Shown piece after piece: positions 38,397-48,700 of a stretch of DNA of 64,000 nucleotides. This DNA is from an uncultured Gemmatimonadales bacterium (GTDB lineage Bacteria; Gemmatimonadota; Gemmatimonadetes; Longimicrobiales; RSA9): contig CAVUKA010000006.1 in NCBI GenBank assembly GCA_963741945.1, forward strand, positions 252,486 through 316,485. Direction: 5' to 3'. Under the pieces are notes generated by a model, which had not been told where the DNA came from, searched no databases, and saw only the letters and a program-made list of their open reading frames with translations. The position numbers and the translations under genes are program-made. Within the stretch, counting starts at the first letter, position 1. Every line of letters begins with the position of its first letter.

Positions 38397-39440
38397 ATGC
38401 GACGCGCGGGGGCCGTCGCCGCCGTTCTGGCTGGCGGGCTGCTGGCCGCCACGCCCGCTGCCGCGCAGGACTCGCTGCAATGGCACGGCTACGGCCAGCT
38501 GCGCTATGCCCACGCGGATCCCGCCTCCGGCTTCACGCTGCGACGGGCGAAGCTCTGGCTCGGCGGTCCGGTGCCGGGGGTCGAGCAGCTCTCGTTCAAG
38601 GTCCAGGGGATCTTCCGGGGCGGCGACGGCGGGGCGCTGGTGCTGCAGGACCTGTTCGCCGACTACGGCGGCTCCCGCGCCGGAGTCCGGGTCGGCCAGT
38701 TCGTTCCGGCCTTCAGCCTGCAGCGCTCGCAACCCGACTACCGCGTGCCCCTCATCGAGCGCGCGGCCGTCGTCGAGACGCTGATCCCCGACGCGCGCAC
38801 CATGGGGCGGGACCGCGGGGTGGAGGTGCGGCTCGCACCGGACCCCCACGCGAGCCTCGCCGCGGGCGTCTTCGATGGCTCGGGCACGAGCGGGCATCCC
38901 GTGGGCGCCGGAGACTTCCTTGCGACGGCCCGCCTCCGCTTCTCCGCCCGGCTGCCGGACGGGGCGACGGGCGCCGTCGGCGGTTCCGTCGCCTGGCGCA
39001 GAACGGACGGCATGGACGTGGGAGTTCTGAGCACCGAAGCAGCCGCGTTCGCCGGCCGTGACCTCCGCTGGGGCGTGGATGCGCAGGTCGCCGGCACCGA
39101 CTGGGAGGTCCAGGCCGAGTACCTCCACGCCGACCTCGAAGGGGAGGAGAGCCACGGATTCTACGTGCTCGGGAATCTCGCGCTCACCGACCGCGACGCC
39201 CTTGCCCTGTCCGTCGAGCAGCTTCACGCGCCCGGGCTCGGACCCGGCGCGCACCCGTGGTACATAGCCGGCCTCACGCGGATGCTGGGGCGGGACGCCG
39301 CGCGACCGGCCCGCCATGACCGGCCGATCCCCGCCAAGGGCGCGCTCCCGACGCGGCTGATGGTCGATGTCCGCTGCCAGCCCGAACGCGGAATGGTCGA
39401 CGTGGCCGGGGCCCTCCAGCTGCAGGTGTTCCTGCACTGA
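38397..39440 (+). CDS. Porin (OprO/OprP-like)
   Basis: Signal peptide; GYGQLRY, FTLRRAKL, VGQFVPAFS, RDRG, QAEY. Confidence 0.78.
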   Translation: MRRAGAVAAVLAGGLLAATPAAAQDSLQWHGYGQLRYAHADPASGFTLRRAKLWLGGPVPGVEQLSFKVQGIFRGGDGGALVLQDLFADYGGSRAGVRVGQFVPAFSLQRSQPDYRVPLIERAAVVETLIPDARTMGRDRGVEVRLAPDPHASLAAGVFDGSGTSGHPVGAGDFLATARLRFSARLPDGATGAVGGSVAWRRTDGMDVGVLSTEAAAFAGRDLRWGVDAQVAGTDWEVQAEYLHADLEGEESHGFYVLGNLALTDRDALALSVEQLHAPGLGPGAHPWYIAGLTRMLGRDAARPARHDRPIPAKGALPTRLMVDVRCQPERGMVDVAGALQLQVFLH

Positions 39441-39459
39441 GTCGCGTCCGTCCGGCGGG

Positions 39460-40581
39460 TCAGGACCGCGGCTTCACCCCCGCCGACACCGCGCAGTTCG
39501 ACACCGCCTGCAGCTCCGCCTCCGCCGCGGGGAAGTACTTCCGCTTCCACCAGAGCGCGACGTTGACGAGACCGATCAGCACCGGGACCTCCACGAGCGG
39601 CCCGATCACGGCCGCGAACGCGGCGCCGTGGCCGATCCCGAACGTCCCCACCGCCACCGCGATGGCCAGTTCGAAGTTGTTCGACGCTGCCGTGAACGAC
39701 AGCGTGGCCGTCTGGGCATAGCTCGCCCCCACCGCCCGGCTCATGAAGAAGGTGACCGCGAACATGACCAGGAAGTAGATCAGCAGCGGCATCGCCACGA
39801 GCAGCACCTGCGACGGGTGCTGCACCATCGCCTGCCCCTGGATCGAGAACATCACCACGATCGTGAACAGCAGCGCCACCAGCGTGAGCGGGCTGATCTT
39901 CGGCACGAACCGCTCGTGGTACCACGTCTTCCCTCTTGCCTTCACCAGCACGAAGCGCGTCAGCATGCCTGCCAGGAACGGGACGCCGAGGTAGATGAAT
40001 ACGCTCTCGGCGATCTGCGCCATCGTGATCGCAACCACCATCCCTTCCAGCCCCAGCCACCGCGGAACCACCGTGATGAAGACCCACGCGTAGACGGAGT
40101 AGAACAGGACCTGGAAGATCGAGTTGAAAGCAACCAGCCCGGCGGCATACTCGCTGTCGCCCGCCGCCAGCTCGTTCCACACGATCACCATGGCGATGCA
40201 CCGGGCAAGGCCGATGAGGATGAGCCCCACCATGAGCTCCGGATGGCTCCGGAGGAACAGCACGGCCAGTCCGAACATGAGCAGCGGGCCGATGATCCAG
40301 TTCTGCACCAGGGACAGCCCCAGCACCTTCCAGTCCCGGAAAACATCGCCCAGCTCCTCGTACCGCACCTTCGCCAGCGGCGGATACATCATCAGGATCA
40401 GCCCGATGGCGATGGGAATCGAGGTCGTGCCCACCTGCGTCGCCTGGTTGAGCGCCGTGATCGGCTCCGGCCAGACGTACCCCAGTCCTACCCCCAACAC
40501 CATGGCCGCGAAAATCCACAGCGTCAGATACCGGTCGAGGAACGCCAGCCGCCGCCCCACGCTCTGCTGCTCTCCCATCAT
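39460..40581 (-). CDS. acr3: ACR3-family arsenite efflux permease
   Basis: [46 protein letters not shown]. Confidence 0.96.
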   Translation of the reverse strand: MMGEQQSVGRRLAFLDRYLTLWIFAAMVLGVGLGYVWPEPITALNQATQVGTTSIPIAIGLILMMYPPLAKVRYEELGDVFRDWKVLGLSLVQNWIIGPLLMFGLAVLFLRSHPELMVGLILIGLARCIAMVIVWNELAAGDSEYAAGLVAFNSIFQVLFYSVYAWVFITVVPRWLGLEGMVVAITMAQIAESVFIYLGVPFLAGMLTRFVLVKARGKTWYHERFVPKISPLTLVALLFTIVVMFSIQGQAMVQHPSQVLLVAMPLLIYFLVMFAVTFFMSRAVGASYAQTATLSFTAASNNFELAIAVAVGTFGIGHGAAFAAVIGPLVEVPVLIGLVNVALWWKRKYFPAAEAELQAVSNCAVSAGVKPRS

Positions 40582-40650
40582 CCGTTCTCCTGCTCCTGCC
40601 CCGTCCGGTCGCGCGCGCCCAGGGCCGCACGAACCCCGCATCATGGCGGA

Positions 40651-40680
40651 ACAGTACATCAACGGTACTTGATATGTCAA
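40651..40680 (-). promoter_or_regulatory. acr3 promoter with ArsR-type operator
   Basis: TTGACA (40680-75), 18 nt, TACTGT (40656-51); ATCAA-N6-TTGAT (40658-40673) lies in the spacer. Confidence 0.75.
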
Positions 40681-40756
40681 CGCGAGTGGCCCCGCCGTGC
40701 TCCTTACGGCGCTCCCGAGGCGCCGTGGACGCCGGAACGCTCCTGCACGGGTAGAT

Positions 40757-41599
40757 CACTGGCGCGCGTGCTGGCGGGGCCCGGTGAGCGCGTGGCGATG
40801 GAGGACCGGCTACACGCCGATCGCGTGGCTGTTCGAGTCGCTGGGGCTGGATGTGGTGACTGCCCCGGTGGACGACGAGGGGGTGGTGGTGGACGGACTG
40901 CCGGCGGACGTCCGGCTGGTCTACACCACGCCGTCGCATCAGTACCCGCTCGGGATGGCCCAGTCGCTGCCGCGGCGACTCCATCTGCTCGAGTGGGCGG
41001 AGCGAACGGGCGCGGCGATCGTGGAGGACGACTACGACAGCGAGTTCCGCATCCAGGGCAAGCCGATCGAACCGCTCCGGGCGCTGGACGAGACCGGCCG
41101 CGTCATCTACGTCGGGTCGTTCTCGAAGACCACGCTGCCCGCGCTGCGACTCGGTTTCGTCATCGCGCCGCCATCACTCAGGACGGCGCTGCGCCGGGCC
41201 AAGTTCGTCGCCGACTGGCACTCGCCGGTGCTCATGCAGCGCGCCCTCGCCGCGTTCATCGACGACGGCGGATTCGCCAGCCACATCCGGCGGATGAACC
41301 GCGTGTACGAGCGGCGCCACCGGCTGCTTCTGCGCGTGCTTCGCCGCGACCTCTCCGAGCACCTCGAGCCGGTCCCCGCGGATGCCGGACTGCACGTGTC
41401 CGCGTTGGCAAGGCGACTGGACGTCCCCGCGCTGGAAGCCGTGGCGGAGCGGGCCGCCGACCGGGGGGTGCAGGTGCAGCTGCTCAGCCGCTTCCGCCTC
41501 GGCGAGACCGCGCGCGCGGGGCTCATGCTCGGCTACGGCGGCGTCGAGATCGAACGGATGGAGGAGGGCCTCGCGCTGCTGCGCGAGTGCTTCGACTGA
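40757..41599 (+). pseudogene. MocR/GabR-family PLP regulator, 5'-truncated and frameshifted
   Basis: LARVLAGPGERVAMED in one frame continues as GYTP...YTTPSHQYP, EDDYDSEFR, GSFSK, LRLG in another (shift near 40807); no GntR HTH upstream. Confidence 0.82.
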
Positions 41600-41622
41600 C
41601 GGAATCCCGGCGAGGAGGCGCC

Positions 41623-41856
41623 ATGTTCCAGATGTACGCCTGGATCGAGTTCATTCACGTCGCCTCGGCCACCGGCTGGCTGGGGGTGGGCGTTGCGACC
41701 ATGCGACCGATGCTGGCCCCACTCGAGGCGGGGGCGGAGAGCGGTGCCAGCCCCGACGCGCTGCGCGGACTCCTGCGCAGACACCGGGGCCTGCTGGCGC
41801 TGAACGTCCTGATCCTGCTGTCGGCGCTCTGGGCAATGGTCCTCAAGCCGACCTGA
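41623..41856 (+). pseudogene. DUF2269-like membrane protein remnant
   Basis: GAGGAGG RBS; N-terminal FIHVASATGWLG and C-terminal LWAMVLKP retained with only 77 aa in total. Confidence 0.5.
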
Positions 41857-41927
41857 CCGCCTGGCGCGCTGGGCGCCCAGGTACATCCACGAGCGTACGC
41901 TGTGACACCTGCAAGGGAGTGAAACGA

Positions 41928-42488
41928 ATGCGTAAGATCATCAACTCGAGCTACGTGACCCTCGACGGCGTCGTCCAGAACCCGCACATGTGGCCGTCCC
42001 TGCCGCTCGGCGCCGCGGCCGAGCACGACGAGGTGCAGTACGCGCTCCTCGAGCACTGCGACGTCCTCCTCATGGGCCGGCGCACCTACGACGCGTTCGC
42101 GCCGGTGTGGCCGACCCGGCGCGGTGATCCGGTCTCCGACCGCATCAACGCCATGCGGAAGGTCGTCGCGTCGACCACCCTGACAGAGCCGGCATGGGAG
42201 AACACGGAGGTCGTCTCCGCGGGACTCGCGGACCGGCTCCGCGAATTGAAGCGGGAGGACGGCGGCGACATCGTCCAGTACGGCATCGGCCCGGTCACGA
42301 ACCTGATGCTCCGGGAGGGGCTCCTCGACCGGCTCTACCTCTGGATGCACCCGCTGTTCGTGCGGGGGACGACGCAGGACCTGCTCTTCGATCCGGAGGT
42401 CGAGGCGATGTTCGCGCTGCTCGACAGCCAGACGCTGAGCAACGGCATCGTGATCCTTCGTTACGACGTACACCAACCGAACCCATGA
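41928..42488 (+). CDS. Dihydrofolate reductase-like (RibD C-terminal) protein
   Basis: YVTLDGVV, LLMGRRTY, INAMRKVVAS, GLLDRL. Confidence 0.9.
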   Translation: MRKIINSSYVTLDGVVQNPHMWPSLPLGAAAEHDEVQYALLEHCDVLLMGRRTYDAFAPVWPTRRGDPVSDRINAMRKVVASTTLTEPAWENTEVVSAGLADRLRELKREDGGDIVQYGIGPVTNLMLREGLLDRLYLWMHPLFVRGTTQDLLFDPEVEAMFALLDSQTLSNGIVILRYDVHQPNP

Positions 42489-42502
42489 CGCCGGAGGAGA
42501 GC

Positions 42503-42745
42503 ATGGGCCACACGTTCCGCACGCGCATCCGCCGCGGCAAGACGAAGAACACCACGGCATCGTCATTCCGCCGAAGGTCACCGAGGCGATGGGACACGGC
42601 AGGTGTCCACCGGTGGCCGTCACCCTGAATGGCTACACCTACCGCTCCGCCGGACCTCCAGGCGGCGCTGGAGGAGCACGGGGCCGGCGGAGGACCTCGC
42701 CCGGGGGCTCCGGGCGGCGCTGGATCGGACCGGCGACGATTGAGG
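42503..42745 (+). pseudogene. DUF1905/YdeI-like remnant
   Basis: MGHTFRTRI...TT | GIVIPPKV.EAMG.G..PPVAVTLNGYTYRS | PPDLQAAL spread over different frames; middle of the protein is missing. Confidence 0.65.
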
Positions 42746-42761
42746 CTGAGCGACCCCGTCT

Positions 42762-44877
42762 TCAGTACCGGAACGCGTACTGCGCCTTCACGAGGAGCTG
42801 GTTGGACTCGAAGCCCCAGCGGTCCAGCCGGTCGCGGATGTTGTGGTTGTAGACCACGAACAGGTCTCCCATGGGCGAGAAGCGCCAGCGTACCCGGGTA
42901 TTGGTGCCGAGCGACCGGCTCTCGGAGTCGTACTGCACGTAGCTGGCGGCCTGGAGGTCCGGCGACACGTTGACGCTGGCGCGGAGCCCGACCACGTCGA
43001 CCGTGAAGGAGCCCTCCGGCAGCCGGCCCACGTCGCGCTCCCCGCTGAGCTCCAGGCTGAACAGCGCTGACGGTTTCCACGCACCGTCCAGCTCGACCTG
43101 GTGCAGTGTACCCCGGAATCGCCACACCCTCGGCCACCTCGAATGGCTCCGCCAGCCGCTCGCCCTCCGGTACCCAGTTGAACTCCACCCGATCGCCGCT
43201 CTCGAAGCGGCAGTTGATGGGCGCCATGAAGAAGCGCCAGCTCTGCCAGACCCCATCGAGCCCCGCCACCCAGCTCGCACGGTTCTCCCAGAAGCACTGC
43301 CGGATCCCCAGCAGCTCCGGGCGTGGGCGGAGCTCGACGTTCAGGTCGGCGAGCTGCACCGCCGGCCGGGGAACGAAGCCGAGCGAAGGGTCGAAGCCCT
43401 CCCCCAGGCGCTTGTAGCCCGCGTAGACGTCCCACAGGTCGTTCGGGTAGTCGATGCTGAGGCCGAAGGCGGTGCGGTCACGGCCGTCGCCGGCGAGGTC
43501 GCCGCGGCCGTCGAGAAGCCCCCACGCGCCCACGAGGAAGTTCCTGTCGCCGAAGAGGCGTGAGGTCTGGTACGTCCCGTCCACACCCGCCGTCCAGGCG
43601 ACCTGCCTGCCGAGGGGGTCGCCGAAGCTCGCGATCATCCCCACCGAGGACTCGCTCAGCACGTTCTGCTTCAACCGTACCACGCCCATCGGGCCGGGCG
43701 ACTCGCCGCCGGGCGCCGTACCCGTCTGCGCCACCAGGCCTCCGATGCTCGTCCCGCCCACCCGGCCACTCAGCTTCCCCCCAAGTCGCAGCGGAACCGT
43801 CGAGCCGCTGACCAGTCCGATCCGGCGACTGAAGAAGGGCATCACGTCGTCCCCGAGCCCCAGCCCGAAATCGAAGATGTCGGAGCCCTCGAGGAAGAAC
43901 GTCCGCTTCTCCGGGAAGAAGAGGGGGAAGCGAGTCAGGTTCGTGCGCCGCGTATCGACCTCGGTCTCGGCGAAATCGGTGTTGAGCGTGAGCGAGGCGA
44001 GGAGGTTGGAACCGACCCGCTGGGTGACGTCCAGGCTGGGGTGCAGCGTCCCGTCGACGGTGGTGTCCGGAGCCGGGTAGCCGCCCCCGGTCGTGAGCGC
44101 AGGCCGGACACTGAGCCCCAGGCCGAGCCGGAAATCCGGCAGCCCCATGAGGTAGCCGGCGCGGGCGACCTGAGTGACCCGGAAGTCGCGCCCGGGCGAA
44201 GCCCAGCGGTCGGTTTCCTGGAGCCGCTGGATGCGGCGCTCGACGTTGAACCCCCAGCGCTCCAGGCCCGGCTCGAAGATCAGGCTGCGCACCGGGATCC
44301 GGAGCTCCGCCGTCCAGCCGTCGGCCTCGCGGCGGACCGCCGCCTCCCAGATCCCGTCCCAGCTCGCGTTCTCCGACTCGCCCTGGCCGGCCACCAGCGC
44401 GTCGTAGCGCGCCCCCGTGGGGTTCACCGCGAAGACGTACCCCGTGCGGCCGTCCAGGAACGTGTCCAGCACCACGCGCACGTGGTCCTGGCTTCGCAGG
44501 TCGGCATCGGGCGCACGGGCGAAGCTCACGATCCCGTCCGGGTCGTCGTACGCGCGGATGCCGATCACCAGCGCGTCGGGGCTCGCCAGCACCTTCACCA
44601 CCGTCCGGTACGACGGCTCGCCGCGTTCCACCGGCTCCACCTGCGCGAAGCCCCGGATCGAGTCCGCGGCGGTCCACTGCGGCTCATCCATCCGCCCGTC
44701 CAGGCGGATGCCCGGGGCCATCGCGCCCACCCGCAGCGCCGGCCGACCGGAGTCCTGCGCAGCCGCAGGCGCCGCTGCCAGCACCGCGAGAGCGAGTGCG
44801 AACGCCAGATCCAGGCAGGGACGGCGGGAACCAGGAGGCGCCGCACACGTTGTCGGGCGAGCTGTCGCCCACTGCAT
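42762..44877 (-). pseudogene. CBM9-like/DUF5916 outer-membrane protein, frameshifted near 43110
   Basis: LDGRMDE, DTFLDGRTGYVF, NTDFAETEVD, FPEKRTFFLEG; C-terminal barrel (...LLVKAQYAFRY) lies in another frame. Confidence 0.8.
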
Positions 44878-45126
44878 CGAGAGCGTCAGGGAGTTCGGCC
44901 CCTCGAGGATCGTCGCGAAAGTCGGTCAGAAGATACGCGGCCCCCGCAGCCGCGCAACGCGATCCGTTCGACACGCGATGGGTTCCCGGGTGGTCGCGCT
45001 CGGTGCGGATCTGCACCGGACCCGCAGCCCGAACTTGCGCGTCTCGCGCATGTCGCGGGAGCGAGGCTCTGCACGAGGAGTAGCACCGGGCGAGCGACCG
45101 AGGCCTGATCCGAAGGACGCAAACCG

Positions 45127-45525
45127 CTACCCGGACCGTTCGAGTGACCACGCCGCGTGCTCCCGCACCAGCGCCTCCTCGTCCTCCAGCGCCTGCCGCA
45201 GCACCGCCACCGCCTCCTCCCGAGTCTCGTCCGCGGACGCCAGCCAGTTCCCCATCGCCACCGCGACGTTCCGCTTGAAGCCCGCGTACCCCGCCCGCCG
45301 GATCGCCGACCCCCGCGTCCACAGGTCCCACTCCTCCCGGGTCATCCGCATCAGCTCGACGAGCGATGGCGACTCCGTGGAGGGCCCGGTCTCCGCGTGC
45401 GGGTGCGGGTGCGTGCCTGACCCCGTGTCCGGCTGCGGCCCCGAAAGCCCGGGCGCGCGAGCCCGGTAGTCCGGCTCCGTCGTCGCCTGAACCAGCTTCG
45501 GTGAGTTCCATGGACACACCTCCTG
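45127..45525 (-). pseudogene. queG: queG 3' fragment, copy 1 (epoxyqueuosine reductase C-terminus)
   Basis: QEVCPWN...GSAIRRAGYAGFKRNVAVAMGNW...LVREHAAWSL; everything upstream, including GCDIC, is absent. Confidence 0.88.
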
Positions 45526-45579
45526 GGTGTTGTGCCGGTTCACCCGTTTCGAGGTACCACTCCGGACCGGCCGCAGAAC
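45500..45579. repeat. Putative att junction 1 (queG half plus 54-bp arm)
   Basis: Arm 45526-45579 is 40/54 identical and ungapped to 54640-54693; imperfect dyad around dinucleotide 45524-25. Confidence 0.7.
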
Positions 45580-45710
45580 CCCCCCCCCGCAACGCACGGG
45601 CGCCTTGCGGGGGCCGGTAACCTCCTCGCCCTCGCGGGGTAATCCTCGTACGGCCAGAACGGTCGCTCAAGACACCGCCGAAGGACGATGCGCTCCATGA
45701 CGATGCAGCA

Positions 45711-48700
45711 ATAGCACTTCCGCGCCTTCTGGCGTTCCTCCGGCCGGCCGCGACCTCCGGCCGGGACGAGCTCCTGGCCGGTCCGATCCAGGGCGCACTT
45801 CTCGGTACCGACCAGCTCGCCGAAAAGGCCCGGGCCGTGGCGCGGCGCGAGGGCATGCGTCCCCCGACGCGGTCGCGCACCCGGCGGCGCCGCGAGGCCG
45901 CCCTCCTCCTCCGCCTGTCCCAGACCCGCCGGATCCTGGACGACGCCCACGCGGCTCTTTCCGCGGGCGCGGCCCGGGACGTGGATGTTGGCCCGGCCGG
46001 CGAATGGCTGCTGGACAACTTCCACGTCGTGCAGGAGCACATCCGGGAGGTGCATGAGGCGCTCCCCCGCGGCTATTACCGGGAGCTGCCCGAGCTCGCG
46101 ACCGGACGACTCGCCGGGTACCCGCGCGTGTACGAGCTCGCCATCGCGCTGATCTCCCACTCCGAAGCGCGCATCGACCTCGAGAACCTGGAGCTCTTCG
46201 TCTCGGCCTACCAGTCGGTCACACCCCTCGCCATCGGCGAGCTGTGGGCGCTGCCCGCCATGTTCCGGATCGCGCTGATCGAGAGCGTGCGCCGCATGAC
46301 GCTGCGCACCATGCGGCGGATGCAGGAGATCGAGGATGCGGACGCGTGGGCGCTGCGCGTCGAGGCCGCCAGTGAGCAGGGGGCAGACGCGCTGGGCCAC
46401 GCACTGGACGCGTTCGTCCGGGCGCCACCGCGGCTGACCGCAGTGTTCATCGCGCGCTTCCTGCACCAGCTCCGGCTGACGCGCGGCGCGTATCTGCCGC
46501 TCGTGGAGATCGAGGCATGGATCAGCGAGCGGATGGTGACCGACGAAGTGGCGTCGGCGCGGGCGACGCAGCACCTGGCCCTCACGCAGGTGATGATGGC
46601 CAACAGCATCACGAGCCTGCGCACGATCGCACAGCTGGACTGGCGCACCTTCGTGGAGCGGCAGAGCGCGATGGAGTCGATCCTCCGCACCGACCCCGCG
46701 GCCTGTCATTCCCGCATGACGTTCGGCACGCGTGACCACTACCGCCACGTGGTCGAGCGCATCGCGCGCCGGACCGGTCGCCCGGAGGAGGGCGTGGCCC
46801 GGATGGCCGTCGACCTCGCGCGCGCCGCAGCGAACGACCATGGCCTGGAGGATGTCCGCGCCCACGTCGGCTACTACCTCGTGGACGACGGGCTCCGCGA
46901 GCTGGAGGCCGCCACCAGGTACCGGCCCCGTGTGTGGGAGGGCCTTCACCGATGGGTGCTGCGGCACCCGGACGCCACCTTCGTCTCGAGCCTCCTCACC
47001 GGCATGGTCGCCGCCCTCGTCGCCGAGCTGTGGCTGGTCGGCCCCGATGCCCGCGGAGTGTGGATCCCGATCCTCCTCCTGGCCCTCATCCCCGCGAGCC
47101 ACGTGGTCCTCGCCGTGGTCGACCAGCTCGTGACGACGCTGCTCCCGCCGCGCACGCTCCCCCGACTCGACCTGAGCGAGCGGGACGCGGTGCCCGCGAA
47201 GCTCCGCACCGCCGTGGTCGTGCCCACGCTGTTCGACAGCACCGCCGCCGTGGACGAGGCGTTCGACCACCTCGAGGTCCAGTTCCTCGCCAACCGGGGC
47301 GCGCACCTGCACTTCGCCGTACTGAGCGACTTCACCGATGCGGCGGCAGAGACCCTCGGCGAGGACGCTGCCATCGTCGCCGCGGCCGTGGCGCGCGTCC
47401 AGGACCTCAATGACCGCTACGCGCCGCTCGGCGGCGATGCGTTCTACCTCTTCCATCGGCCTCGCCGCTGGAACGCGCGCCAGGGCGTCTGGATGGGCTG
47501 GGAGCGCAAGCGCGGCAAGCTGGCCGAATTCAACCGCTTCCTGCGCGGCGGAGCGCGGGACGCCTTCACCACCATCGCGGGCAATGTGGAGCCGCTGGGC
47601 GACGTGCGGCACGTCATCACGCTCGACGCCGATACGGTGCTGCCGCCCGGGAGCGCTGCGGACCTCATTGGCACGCTCGCGCACCCGCTCAACCGCGCCG
47701 TGTACGACCCGGACCGGGGCCGGGTGGTCCGCGGCTATGGCATCCTCCAGCCGCGTGTCAGCGTCACGCTGCCCAGCGCGCACCGGTCCCGTTTTTCGGC
47801 CATCCACTCCGGCCACCCGGGCGTGGATCCCTACACGACCGCCACCTCCGATGTCTACCAGGACCTGTTCGGCGAGGGCAGCTTCACGGGAAAGGGCATT
47901 TACGAGGTCGACATCTTCGACCAGGCGACCCACGGCCGCTTCCCCGAGAACACGCTGCTGTCCCATGACCTGATCGAGGGCAGCTACGCTCGCGCGGGTC
48001 TGGTCACCAGCATCCTCGTCTACGACGACTATCCGGCCAGCTACCTCACGTTCACCCGGCGCAAGCACCGCTGGATCCGGGGGGACTGGCAGCTGCTCCG
48101 GTGGCTGACGCCCCGCGTGCCGGGACCGCACGGCCCGGAAGCCAACCGGCTCCCGATGCTCTCCCGCTGGAAGATCTTCGACAATCTGCGCCGCAGCATG
48201 GTGGAGATCGGGCTGATGCTCTTTCTCGTCGCCGGCTGGCTGCTGCTCCCGGGCTCGGCGCTGGTCTGGACTGCGCTGGCGCTCGGGACGGTCGCGGCGC
48301 CCTGGGTCGTCTCGCTCCTCCTCGCCGCGCTGCGCCCGCCGCTCGACCGGTCGTGGCGGGCATACTACGCCTCCGTCGGCCGCGACGCGCGGACGGCCGC
48401 GCAGCAGCTCGCCCTGGCCGTCGCCTTCCTACCCCACCAGGCGTGGGTGTCGGCCAATGCGATCATCCGCACCCTCTGGCGGCTGGGCGTCAGCAAGCGG
48501 AACCTGCTAGAGTGGGAGACCGCCTCGACGGCGGAACGCGGGGCGGGCACCGGCCGCGCACTCGTGTGGCGGGCCATGGCCCCGGCGGCGGCCGTCGCGG
48601 TGGCCATCGCACTGGTCGCCATGGCGCGATCGGCCGGCACCGACGGGGGCGCGCTCTGGTGGCCCGACCTGGTGGCCATCGGCGGCCTCGCCGCGCTCTG

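Noticed and set aside
45127-45597. queG-like ORFs as stand-alone HEAT-repeat genes
   Set aside because: Similarity starts abruptly mid Fe-S motif at the same base in both copies and the upstream starts are not shared; better explained as fragments
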